Shown: positions 50,631-64,000 of the stretch, piece by piece | How the letters are laid out: each line of letters starts with the position of its first letter | How positions within the stretch are numbered: the first letter of the stretch is position 1 | DNA from: an uncultured delta proteobacterium | Lineage (GTDB): Bacteria > Myxococcota_A > Polyangia > Haliangiales > Haliangiaceae | Assembly: GCA_963743525.1 (NCBI GenBank) | Contig: CAVUQH010000003.1 | Span: 832,001 to 896,000, forward strand | Length of the DNA stretch: 64,000 nt | Reading direction: 5' to 3' | Made by a program: the position numbers and the translations under genes | The notes under the pieces: model-generated | What the model was told of the DNA's origin: nothing | What the model saw: the letters and a program-made list of their open reading frames with translations, nothing else | Databases searched by the model: none

Positions 50631-51473
50631 ATGAATTCCCCCATGAAATCGAAAGCTTTGCTTGGCCTGATCGGCCTTCTCATGGCCGCGATGGCGGCCG
50701 GATGCACCAAGGACGACAAGTCGCTCGAGGCGCACCTGTCGAGCATCGACACGCAGCTCAAGGACATCAAGGGCGACCTGGCCGAGCTGAAGAAGGCCGG
50801 CCCGGCCCGTGGTGCTGCGGCCCGTGGCGCCGCTCGCCCGGCGCGTCCTCCCGGCCCCGATCCGCAGGCGGTCTACGCCGTGCCGATCGACGGCGCCGGC
50901 GAGCGCGGTCCGTCTGACGCCAAGGTCACCATGGTCAAGGGCTTCGACTTCGCCTGTCCGTTCTGCCTGCGCTCGCGCGACACCGAGAAGCAGCTGCTCG
51001 AGCAGTACGGCAAGGATCTGCGCGTCGTCTACAAGAACATCATCATTCACCCGGGGTCGGCGACGGTTCCCGCTCACGCGGCATGCGCCGCCAACATGCA
51101 GGGCAAGTTCCCGCAGATGGAAGACCTGATCTGGGACAAGGGCTTCAAGAACGGCCGCAACCTGTCCAAGGACAACATGCTGTCGTTGGCCCGGGAGCTG
51201 GGGCTGAACATGGACAAGTTCCAGAAGGACATGGACGGTCCGTGCGTCAAGATCGTCCAGCAGGACATGAGCGACATGCAGAAGGTCGGCGCGCGCGGCA
51301 CGCCGGCGTTCTTCATCAACGGACGCTTCCTGTCCGGCGCGCGGCCGATCGACCAGTTCAAGACGATCATCGACGAAGAGCTGAAGAAGGCCAACGACCG
51401 CATCGCCAAGGGCGCCAGCCAGGCCAGCTACTACAAGGACTGGGTGCTGGCAAAGGGCAAGAAGACCCTGTAG
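50631..51473 (+). CDS. DsbA-like thioredoxin-fold lipoprotein (CPFC), Cys paralog of the upstream gene
   Basis: Lipobox AAGC, coiled coil, FDFACPFC and cis-Pro motif GTPAFFING. Start may be 50631 or 50643. Confidence 0.92.
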   Translation: MNSPMKSKALLGLIGLLMAAMAAGCTKDDKSLEAHLSSIDTQLKDIKGDLAELKKAGPARGAAARGAARPARPPGPDPQAVYAVPIDGAGERGPSDAKVTMVKGFDFACPFCLRSRDTEKQLLEQYGKDLRVVYKNIIIHPGSATVPAHAACAANMQGKFPQMEDLIWDKGFKNGRNLSKDNMLSLARELGLNMDKFQKDMDGPCVKIVQQDMSDMQKVGARGTPAFFINGRFLSGARPIDQFKTIIDEELKKANDRIAKGASQASYYKDWVLAKGKKTL

Positions 51474-51592
51474 TTGCGGTGGCGTGGGGGCTGTCCGGCT
51501 AGCCGGACACGGCGGTTGCCGGTGTCGTGAACCTGGACAGTTTCGGCGGGAAAAACCGAGGTAACTCACCAGGATCCCGTCCGCGGGCCCGG

Positions 51593-51607
51593 TGGAACGC
51601 CGATTGC
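51593..51607 (+). promoter_or_regulatory. putative sigma54 promoter
   Basis: TGGAACGccgaTTGC, upstream of ATG 51638. Confidence 0.55.
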
Positions 51608-51637
51608 CATGGGTCGGGGCAGCTGGAGCCCCGACCC

Positions 51638-53410
51638 ATGAAGCACCTCGCCATCTTGCTCACCTCCCTCGCCCTTCTCCTGGCGCTCACTCCCGCCTGC
51701 GCCCCGGGCGGCGATGACCCGATCGACGGCGCCGACGCGCCGTTCCCCGGCGGCAAGGCCGACGGCGGCATCGACGCCGCCTCGCCCGAGGCACGCGCGG
51801 TGCTGTCGCTGGTCAACGACCCGCTGGTCGGCCTGGCCGAGCTGGACGACGACGCCGGGCTCAACAAGCGCGCGGCCACCAACATCATCGACCACCGCAA
51901 CGGCGCCGACGGCACCGTCGGCACCGCGGACGACGACGCCTTCGACAGCCTCGACGAGCTCGACGCGGTCAAGTACGTCGGCCCGTACGCGCTGCAGCAG
52001 CTGCTCGACTACGCCATCGCCAAGGGCTATCTCGACGCCGAGGCCGGCAAGAACGTCAACGTCATCTTTTCCCCGCAGCCGTACGACAACAGCCACTCGG
52101 CGCGGGTGGCCAAGCTGATCGACGGCGCCAGGGCGTCGGTCAACATCGCCATGTACAGCTACTCGGACGCCCGCATCGCCGGCGCTCTGCAGCGGGCGGT
52201 CGACCGCGGCGTCAAGATTCGCTTCATCTTCGACACCGCCAGCGAGGATCGCAAGCTGACCGGCACCGCGCTGGACAACAGCGCGTCCGGGCGGCTCGAG
52301 CGGATGGGCATCAACGTCCGCTGGGTCAACAAGATCATGCACCACAAGTTCATGATCGTGGACGGGCCGCGTGACGACGTGTCGAAGATCGACACCGCCA
52401 CCGTGGTCGCCGGCAGCGGCAACTGGTCCAACGGCGCCGCTACCCGCTACGACGAGAACACGCTGTTCTTCACCGGCTACCGCGAGCTGACCATGCGCAT
52501 GCAGCGCGAGTTCGACCGCATGTGGGCGCATTCTCGCGACGTGGTCGTCGATGCGTCGCTGCCGTACGAGCTGTCCACCGTGGACATGGACGCCGTCGGC
52601 ATTCCCGACGAGGCCGGCACCCACGCCTGGTTCACCTCGTCCAACTTCAGTGTCAACGGCGACACCTTCCGCATCAACGGCAACGACACCGTGTCCACCG
52701 CGCTGGCCGCCGCCATTCGCGGCGCCACCAAGTCGATCCACATCGCGTCGGGCCACCTGCGCTCGCGGCCGATCTCCGAGGCGCTGATGGAGGTCGCGCG
52801 GACCAAGCCGCAGGTCAACATCAAGATCCTCCTCGACGGCCAGGAGTACATCTCGGACTACTACAACCAGCAGCAGACGCAGGATCTCGACGACTGCCTG
52901 GCATCGGCGACCACCGACTCGCAGCGCCGCAACTGCCTCGACAAGGGCTTCTACTTCAGCTACGAGGTCAGCGAGCTCGAGCACATTCCGCTGCGCTTCA
53001 AGTACTACGCCTACCGCTGGGACTACCACTACGCGGTGCAGATGCACCACAAGTACATCATCATCGACGGCGACGAGCTGCACACCGGCAGCTACAACTT
53101 CTCGGACAACGCCGAGCACAACACCTTTGACGACACCCTCACCTTCGCGGGCCCCGAGTTCGCCAACCTGGTCGGCTCCTACGAGGCCAACTTCGCCAAG
53201 ATCTGGGACCAGGGTCGCGCCGACGACCTGTACAGCCAGCTGATGGCCACCCTGCCCACGGCCAACCCGGTGCCGATCGTGTTCGAGCCGATGGCGCTGA
53301 CCTGGAGCGAGGTCACCGACCTCAAGAGCGCCATCCGCGCCGCCTGCCCCGACGTCAACAGCGACGACTACCGCACCAACCCGCAGAACCACTGGGTCTG
53401 CTACAAGTAG
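51638..53410 (+). CDS. phospholipase D-family (two HKD motifs) lipoprotein with an N-terminal helix-hairpin-helix-like domain
   Basis: Lipobox TPAC; GKADG; FDSLDELDAVKYVG; MHHKFMIVD...GSGNW and MHHKYIIID...GSYNF. Confidence 0.85.
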   Translation: MKHLAILLTSLALLLALTPACAPGGDDPIDGADAPFPGGKADGGIDAASPEARAVLSLVNDPLVGLAELDDDAGLNKRAATNIIDHRNGADGTVGTADDDAFDSLDELDAVKYVGPYALQQLLDYAIAKGYLDAEAGKNVNVIFSPQPYDNSHSARVAKLIDGARASVNIAMYSYSDARIAGALQRAVDRGVKIRFIFDTASEDRKLTGTALDNSASGRLERMGINVRWVNKIMHHKFMIVDGPRDDVSKIDTATVVAGSGNWSNGAATRYDENTLFFTGYRELTMRMQREFDRMWAHSRDVVVDASLPYELSTVDMDAVGIPDEAGTHAWFTSSNFSVNGDTFRINGNDTVSTALAAAIRGATKSIHIASGHLRSRPISEALMEVARTKPQVNIKILLDGQEYISDYYNQQQTQDLDDCLASATTDSQRRNCLDKGFYFSYEVSELEHIPLRFKYYAYRWDYHYAVQMHHKYIIIDGDELHTGSYNFSDNAEHNTFDDTLTFAGPEFANLVGSYEANFAKIWDQGRADDLYSQLMATLPTANPVPIVFEPMALTWSEVTDLKSAIRAACPDVNSDDYRTNPQNHWVCYK

Positions 53411-53624
53411 CGGCCGAAACAGGAGAGGACCGGGCCGGCGCCGCGGTTCGTGGGGAGAGGACCACGAGTAGCGATGAGGGCGACGCCGACCCGCCGGACG
53501 CGGGGTTGCGCGATGTCTTCTGTTTTCGCGTCAGGATCAGTACGACGCGCCGGATCCGGGCTTTTGAAAGAAAATCGCAGGGGCCCGTCCGGGTGCTATC
53601 GGGGGGACGTGGTAAGAGCAGGTG

Positions 53625-54542
53625 ATGCCCATTTACGACAGCGTCGCCGAAACCGTCGGGAGGACGCCGCTGGTCCGCCTGCGACGGATGTCCGAGGAAT
53701 CCGGGGCGCAGATTCTGGGCAAGATGGAGTCGCGCAACCCCTGCTCCAGCGTCAAGGACCGCATCGGAGTGGCGATGATCCGCGACGCCGAAGAGCGGGG
53801 CGTGCTCACGCCCGGCGCGACTATCGTCGAGGCGACCTCGGGTAACACCGGCATCGCGCTGGCCTTCGCCGCCGCGTCGATGGGCTACAAGCTGATCATC
53901 ACCATGCCCGAGAACATGAGCCGCGAGCGGATCGCGATGCTCAAGACCTTTGGCGTCGAGGTGGTGTTGACCCGCGGCGGGCTGATGGCCGCGGCGGTCA
54001 AGCGGGCGCGGGAGATCGCGGCCAAGACTCCCGGCGCCGTGATGCTGCAGCAGTTCGAGAACCCGGCCAACCCGGCCATGCACCGGGAGACCACGGCGGT
54101 CGAGATCTGGGACGACACCGAGGGCCAGGTCGACGTCTTCGTCGCCGGCGTCGGCACCGGCGGCACCATCACCGGGGTCGGTCAGGTGCTCAAGGAGAAC
54201 AAGCCCGGCGTCCGGGTGATCGCGGTCGAGCCGTCGGATTCGGCGGTGCTGTCGGGCAAGTCGCCGGGCCCGCACTTCATCCAGGGGATCGGCGCCGGCT
54301 TCGTGCCGCCCATCCTCGACCGCGAGGTGATCGACGAGGTCGTCACCATCACCGAGCGCCAGGCCCTCGACTACGCCCGCCGGTTGGCGCGGGAAGAGGG
54401 AATCTTCGCCGGCATCTCGTCGGGCGCCGCCGTTGCGGCGGCGGTGCGCGTGGGCAAGCGCTCCGACATGCAGGGCAAGATGATCGTCGTGGTCCTGCCC
54501 GACACCGGCGAGCGCTACCTCAGCACCCAGCTGATGGAATGA
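53625..54542 (+). CDS. cysK: cysteine synthase A (O-acetylserine sulfhydrylase)
   Basis: SVKDRIG (PLP Lys), EATSGNTG, QQFEN, GVGTGGT, IQGIGAGF and GERYLST motifs. Confidence 0.93.
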   Translation: MPIYDSVAETVGRTPLVRLRRMSEESGAQILGKMESRNPCSSVKDRIGVAMIRDAEERGVLTPGATIVEATSGNTGIALAFAAASMGYKLIITMPENMSRERIAMLKTFGVEVVLTRGGLMAAAVKRAREIAAKTPGAVMLQQFENPANPAMHRETTAVEIWDDTEGQVDVFVAGVGTGGTITGVGQVLKENKPGVRVIAVEPSDSAVLSGKSPGPHFIQGIGAGFVPPILDREVIDEVVTITERQALDYARRLAREEGIFAGISSGAAVAAAVRVGKRSDMQGKMIVVVLPDTGERYLSTQLME

Positions 54543-54543
54543 G

Positions 54544-54578
54544 AAAAGGGCGGAGTCGAGCCACGCTCGACCCCGCCC
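54544..54578 (-). terminator. hairpin terminator between convergent cysK and M16 genes
   Basis: GGGCGGAGTCGAGC-cac-GCTCGACCCCGCCC preceded by AAAA (a U-tract on the minus strand). Confidence 0.65.
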
Positions 54579-54596
54579 CGGTTGACGGATCCGCGA

Positions 54597-56261
54597 CTAC
54601 TTGCGGGTCTCGAGCACCTTGCCGTCGGCGTCGAGGACGACCAGCGAGCCCTTGCCCACGGTCCCCTTCTTGGCCAGCTCGGTCAGGCCGTCGAGCAGCG
54701 TCACCGGCTTGCCGTCGGCGCCGACCATCGGCACGTCCTTGCCGTTCTCGTGCTTCTTCTGCGCCGAGTCGGCGCTGCCGACCACCAGGATGATCGCCCT
54801 GTTGGGCTCGAAGTAGCGCTTTGCCGACTTCGCGACCTGCTTCAACGTCACCGCGCCGACCTTGTCGACGTAGCTGTTGTAGTAGTTGAGCGGCAGGCCG
54901 TAGTAGACCAGGCTGCGGTAGGCGCCCAGCACCTGGCGGGAGGTGGCGAAGCGGCCGGGTAGGCTGAGGATGGCGCCGTTCTGCTCGCGCGACAGCTCCT
55001 CCGCGGTGGCCGGCTTCTTGCCGCTCTTCATGTCGGCGAGCTCGTTGTGCATCTCCAGCACCGACTGCCAGGTGGAGTCACTGCGCACCGAGCTGTGCGC
55101 GACGAACTCGCCGTAGTCGTGCGAGTACTGGAAGCCGCCGCGAGCGCCGTACGAGTAGCCCTTGTCCTCGCGCAGGTTCATGTTGAGACGGCTGGCGAAG
55201 CCGCCGCCGAAGATCGCCGACGCCATGCTGTTGGCGAAGAAGTCCTTGGCCTTGCGCTTGGGCCCGAAGTTCATGACGTAGATCTGGCTCTGCGCCGCGT
55301 CGGGGATGTTGACGAAGAAGATGTGCCCCTTCATCGACCGCGGCCTGCCCAGGCGCACGCCGCGCTTGGGCGCGCCTTTCCACGCCGCCAGCTCGGGCGC
55401 GTCCATCGCCTTGCGCACGTCGGCCTCGGTCATGCGACCGACCACGAACAGCCGCGCGCCCTTGGGCTTGACGTAGCGATCGTGGTAATCGACGCAGTCT
55501 TTGATCGTCAGGCCCTTGAGCGACGCCTCGGTGACGATGCTGCCAAACGGGTGCTTGGTGCCGAACAGCACCGCATCCGAAACCCTGCCGGCCACGGCCG
55601 CCGCGCTGCCCTTGGCCTGCTTGAGCGACTCCAGCTGCCGCTTGATCATCCGGTCGAAGTCTTCCTGGCGGAAGCCCGGCTGCAGCAGGGTATCGACGTA
55701 CAGCTTGAAGGTGGCGTCGAAATGCTTGGACAGCGTCGACATCGCGACGCCCTGGGTCTCGCGACCGGCGTAGCTGTCGATGTTCGACGCGATGTCGGCC
55801 AGCGCCTCGTCGTACGGGATCTTCTCCAGCGACTTGGTGCCCTCGGACATCATGCCCATGCAGATGTCGGCCAGGCCTTCCTTGCCCTTGGGGTCGTTCA
55901 TCGACCCGCCGTCGAAGTTGAGCTCGATCGACACGGTCGGCAGCTCGGGCCGCTCGACCAGGTAGGCGGTCACGCCGTTCTTCAGCTTGAACACCTTGAT
56001 CGGCGGGATCTGCAGTGGCCGCGGCTTGCCGGCCTCGGGCTGCTCGTCGCGGAACGCGTCGTTCGCGGGGAACGTCAGCGCCTGCGGCTGTGCCACCGGC
56101 TGCGCAGGCGGCGCAGGCGGCGTCTCCGGCGTGGGCGGCGTGTTGTCCGCGGTCGGGTTCTCGGGCGCCTTGGGCGTGACCGGCGGCGTAGTCTGCTGGG
56201 CAGGACAGCCGGCCAGGGCCAGCGACAGGAGCAGGGCTCCCGTGGAAATCAGTCGGTTCAT
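54597..56261 (-). CDS. M16 family peptidase, non-catalytic subunit (lipoprotein)
   Basis: LKNG and FASRLNMNLREDKGYSYG motifs; lacks HxxEH; lipobox LAGC. Confidence 0.85.
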   Translation of the reverse strand: MNRLISTGALLLSLALAGCPAQQTTPPVTPKAPENPTADNTPPTPETPPAPPAQPVAQPQALTFPANDAFRDEQPEAGKPRPLQIPPIKVFKLKNGVTAYLVERPELPTVSIELNFDGGSMNDPKGKEGLADICMGMMSEGTKSLEKIPYDEALADIASNIDSYAGRETQGVAMSTLSKHFDATFKLYVDTLLQPGFRQEDFDRMIKRQLESLKQAKGSAAAVAGRVSDAVLFGTKHPFGSIVTEASLKGLTIKDCVDYHDRYVKPKGARLFVVGRMTEADVRKAMDAPELAAWKGAPKRGVRLGRPRSMKGHIFFVNIPDAAQSQIYVMNFGPKRKAKDFFANSMASAIFGGGFASRLNMNLREDKGYSYGARGGFQYSHDYGEFVAHSSVRSDSTWQSVLEMHNELADMKSGKKPATAEELSREQNGAILSLPGRFATSRQVLGAYRSLVYYGLPLNYYNSYVDKVGAVTLKQVAKSAKRYFEPNRAIILVVGSADSAQKKHENGKDVPMVGADGKPVTLLDGLTELAKKGTVGKGSLVVLDADGKVLETRK

Positions 56262-56271
56262 GGTCGGCCTC

Positions 56272-57645
56272 CTACTTGCTGCTGACCTGGTCGCCGGCGG
56301 CGCCCGGGACGGTGAGGATCTCGACCCGGTGCTCGGGGCCGAGGTACTTCTTGGCGATCTCCAGGACCTTGGCCGGAGACGACTTGCGCTCGCGGTCGAG
56401 GTCACCGGTGATGAAGTCGGGGTTGCCGACGTAGTGGTTGTAGCGCTCCAGCGTCTGCGCTCGCGAAAGCAGCGGCTCCAGGCCCCAGACGAAGCGCGAC
56501 TCGGTGTTGGTGACCACGCGGTTGAACTCGCGCTCGGTGATCGGCTGCGACCGGACCTTGGCCAGCTCCTCGTCGACGATCTTGCGCACCTTGTCGACGT
56601 CGGCGTCGCTGCGCAGCTGCACGGCGATGGTGAAGTAGCTGGACAGCTGCTGCGAGGCCTGGCCGCCGAACACGCCGACCGCCAGCTGCTCCTCCAGCAC
56701 CAGGCGCTTGTACAGGCGGCCGGTCTTGCTGGTCAGGGTACCGGCGAGGATGTCCAGCTCGGAATCGCCGGGGGCGAAGAAGGCCGGGGTGTTCCACGCG
56801 AACTGCAGCAGGCGCAGCTTGGCGAACGGATCCTTGATCGTCTGCTTGGACGCCGGAATGACCGGCATCGGTACCGTGCGGTGGGCCGGGCGGGTGCTCT
56901 TGGGGAAGTCGCCGAACCACTTCTGGACCAGCTTCTTGCAGTTGGCCGTGTCGAAGTCGCCGGCGATGACCACCGTCGCGTTGGCCGGCACGTACCAGGT
57001 CTCGTAGAACTTCTTGACGTCGTCGAGCGTGGCGTTCTCGAGGTCGGTATGCAGACCGATGGTCATGTACCGGTACGGGTGACCTTCGGGGTAGAGCGCC
57101 TCGTACAGCGCCGCGCGCGACTTGCCGTACGGCACATTGTCGTAGTTCTGCCGCCGTTCGTTGCGCACCACCTCTTGCTGGTTGGCGAACTCTTTCTCGT
57201 CGAGATTGAGGTAGCCCATCCGGTCGCTCTCGAGCCACAGCGCGGTCTCGAGCTGATTGGAAGGCACGACCTCGAAGTAGTTGGTGCGATCGGTGTTGGT
57301 GGTGCCGTTCACCGTGGTCGCGCCGATGTTCTTGAGGATCTCGAAATGCTTGTCCTCACCGACGTGTTTCGAGCCCTGGAACAGCATGTGCTCGAACAGG
57401 TGGGCAAAGCCGCTCTTGCCCGGCATCTCGTCGCCGCTGCCGACGTGGTACCAGATGTCCACGGCAACGATCGGTACCGAGTTGTCCTGATGGAGGATGA
57501 TCTCGATGCCGTTGGGCAGCGTGTAGCGCTCGAACGAGATCTTGGGGTCCTGGTCTTGCGCGTGGGCGGCGCCAGCGGTGCCGAGCGCCGCGACCAGCAG
57601 CGCCAGACCCAGGCGGCGCGCGCCGCGCCTGCGGGGTTCATTCAT
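56272..57645 (-). CDS. M16 family zinc peptidase, catalytic subunit
   Basis: WYHVGS, GFAHLFEHMLFQGS, DRTNY and LWLESDRM motifs; signal peptide. Confidence 0.92.
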   Translation of the reverse strand: MNEPRRRGARRLGLALLVAALGTAGAAHAQDQDPKISFERYTLPNGIEIILHQDNSVPIVAVDIWYHVGSGDEMPGKSGFAHLFEHMLFQGSKHVGEDKHFEILKNIGATTVNGTTNTDRTNYFEVVPSNQLETALWLESDRMGYLNLDEKEFANQQEVVRNERRQNYDNVPYGKSRAALYEALYPEGHPYRYMTIGLHTDLENATLDDVKKFYETWYVPANATVVIAGDFDTANCKKLVQKWFGDFPKSTRPAHRTVPMPVIPASKQTIKDPFAKLRLLQFAWNTPAFFAPGDSELDILAGTLTSKTGRLYKRLVLEEQLAVGVFGGQASQQLSSYFTIAVQLRSDADVDKVRKIVDEELAKVRSQPITEREFNRVVTNTESRFVWGLEPLLSRAQTLERYNHYVGNPDFITGDLDRERKSSPAKVLEIAKKYLGPEHRVEILTVPGAAGDQVSSK

Positions 57646-57767
57646 CGCGTATCTCCCTATTTCGGCCCGTTTCGCGGGCAGCGGGGACCGTAGCCGCCGA
57701 GGCCCGGGCTCACAACCCACACGGCCTCACTTTCGGCCAGCAGCGCCGCCCGCGCGGGTAGCGGGGC

Positions 57768-59495
<1,728 letters not shown>

Positions 59496-59671
59496 ACGCG
59501 TGCCCACCTGCGTGGCCCCATCCTCACCACGGGCAGGGGCAGGCAACGGGAGCACCCGACCACCCAGCCGCCCGGCCGCGCGCCTGTCCCTCGGATCGGC
59601 CAACACCGTATTTTACGGTGCGCTATGGCGCGAAGACAAATCCCGAATCACGGTATGATTGCGGCGGGGAT

Positions 59672-62187
<2,516 letters not shown>

Positions 62188-62191
<4 letters not shown>

Positions 62192-64000
62192 GCGTGGACG
62201 CGATCTTCGACGCCAGCAGTTACGCCTTCAACCTGCGCAGCCTGCCGTTTGCCTGCGCCACGGTGATCGTCCTGGCGGTCACCCTGTACGTGTTGTTCAC
62301 CGCCGGCGCGCCGATCTTGCGCGGCGCTCTGCTGATCGTCGCCGTCGGGCTGCTGCCGTTCCCCACCGGTCTGGCCGTCATCGGCTCGACCACCGATCCG
62401 CACGTCGCCGAAGCGCTCAGCAAGCTGGCCATCTGTCTGATCCCGCTGTCGTCGGCGGGCGCCATGATCTTCCTCCTGGCGCTGGCCGGACGCCTATCGC
62501 AACACAAGTGGCTGGTCGTCTTCGCCTTCGTCACCTCGGTAGCGACCGTGCCGATCACCGTCTTCACCTCGCTGGTGATCGACGGCGTCTGGCGCACGCC
62601 GATCGACCTGTACTACTTCACCGTGCCGGTCAACGGCATCGCCCAGCTGCAGGTCGCGCAGATCGGCGTGTGGGTCGGCATCGGCATCGTCGTGGTCGCG
62701 CGGCGCATCCGCGAGGAGCCCAACAGCGCCCGCCGGCGCCAGCTGCGCGGTTCGGTCATCGCCTTTTCGCTGTGCGCGGCCGGCCTGATCGACGTGCCGT
62801 TGGGCTACCGCATCGGCTGGTTCCCGGTGTCGTGGCTGGCGCTGACCCTGGGCTTGTCGCTGGCGTTGCGCCTGCTGGTGGTCGACGACCTCATCCGCGC
62901 CCGCGCGCTGGACCGCCGGGTGCTGTGGGGCCTGGTCTACACAGGCCTGCTGATCGGCGGGCTGTGGCTCGGCTTGCGCAGCGTCGGCGACGCGCCGCTG
63001 TGGGCGAGGATCAGCGCCGTCGCGGCGGTCTTCGTCATCCTTCGCGTCGGCGTGTCGCTGATTCGCACCATCGACCGGCCGCGCGGACGGGCCACGCGCA
63101 CGACCCTCGAGCGCGCGCTCGACCGCTACATCCACCGGGTTCAGAGCCTGCGCGACCAGCAGCAGATCGGCGAGGCGACGGTCGAGCTGCTCGAGCTGGG
63201 CATCGGCTGCGAGCGGATCGAGTTCCTGACCCCGTCGCAGTCCGACTACTCGTGGGAGCGCCTCGACGGCGAGACCTTGCCCGAAGAGCAAACCCCCGAC
63301 CCGCTGCTGCTGGTCTGGCTGCAGCAGCACGAGCGGCCGATCCTCCGCGACGATCTCCCGACCATGCGCCTGGGCGACCTGCGCACGCCGCTGGAGCGGC
63401 TGTACGAGCGACACGACGTCGAGGTGCTGGTGCCGCTGGTCAATCGCGACGAGGTCGTCGGCCTGATCGCCCTCGGCGCCCCGGACGAGGGCCGCGGCTA
63501 CCGCCAGGAAGAGCTGCACTTCCTCGAGCGTCTGCAAGAGCACGCGGCGGCGGCGCTGGTCTATGCGCGCATGCACCGCGAAGCCACCGAGCGGGTCGAG
63601 GTGGACAAAGAGGTCGGCCTGGCCGCCGCCGTGCAGCGCGCTTTCGTCCCCGGCTCCGAGGTCATCGAGCGCGGCGGCGTCGTCGTCGCCGGCATCTACG
63701 AACCGGCCTCCCGCTGCGGCGGCGACTGGTGGTCGATCCACGAGCTCGAGCACGGCCGCGTGCTGGTGCTGATCGGCGACGTCACCGGCCACGGCGTCGC
63801 TGCGGCGATGGTCACCGCCGCGGCCAAGGGCTGCTACGACGTCGCCCAGCGGCTGATGCGCGAAGAGGTCGACCTCGTCCGCCTGCTCGGCCTGCTCGAC
63901 GCCACCGTGCGCCACGCCGGCGGCTCGCAGTTCTACATGACCTGCTTTGCCACCTTGCTCGACCCCGCGGCCGGCAAGGTGCATTTCGCCAACGCCGGCC
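62188..64000 (+). CDS. membrane PP2C/SpoIIE-family phosphatase with a GAF domain (3' end beyond window)
   Basis: Read by hand from a GTGA overlap: multi-TM N-terminus, LVPLVNRDEVVGLIALG (GAF) and CGGDWW...IGDVTGHGVAAAM (PP2C). It is absent from the ORF track because it has no stop in the window. Confidence 0.88.

Overview
High-GC bacterial DNA that looks like Myxococcota: many Ser/Thr kinases, an FHA-sigma54 activator, Cys/Gly-rich lipoproteins and a MYXO-CTERM-like tail (taxon is an inference). I found no rRNA, tRNA, CRISPR or IS element. Most of the window is a dispersed Wzx/Wzy exopolysaccharide system (about 0.5-6.5, 10.6-13.7, 19.4-28.5 and 42.2-45.7 kb) interleaved with secreted lipoprotein and enzyme genes, plus gdhA, cysK, an M16 peptidase pair and a kinase-kinase-PP2C block. 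The main finding is at 49.6-51.5 kb: two tandem, closely related DsbA-like lipoprotein genes. The first has an in-frame TGA exactly at the nucleophilic Cys (U-P-F-C) followed by a bacterial SECIS-like hairpin; the second has C-P-F-C. They are separated by an intrinsic terminator, and each is preceded by the same TGTAGTA-N4-TACTACA dyad overlapping a BlaI/MecI/CopY-type box. This suggests a co-regulated selenocysteine/cysteine pair of disulfide oxidoreductases. Also notable: a recurrent TAnnnT-N6-start (leaderless) pattern, several sigma54 promoters, a signal-less HiPIP, and a kinase with a Cys-rich activation loop. Several single-base indels look like sequencing or assembly errors.
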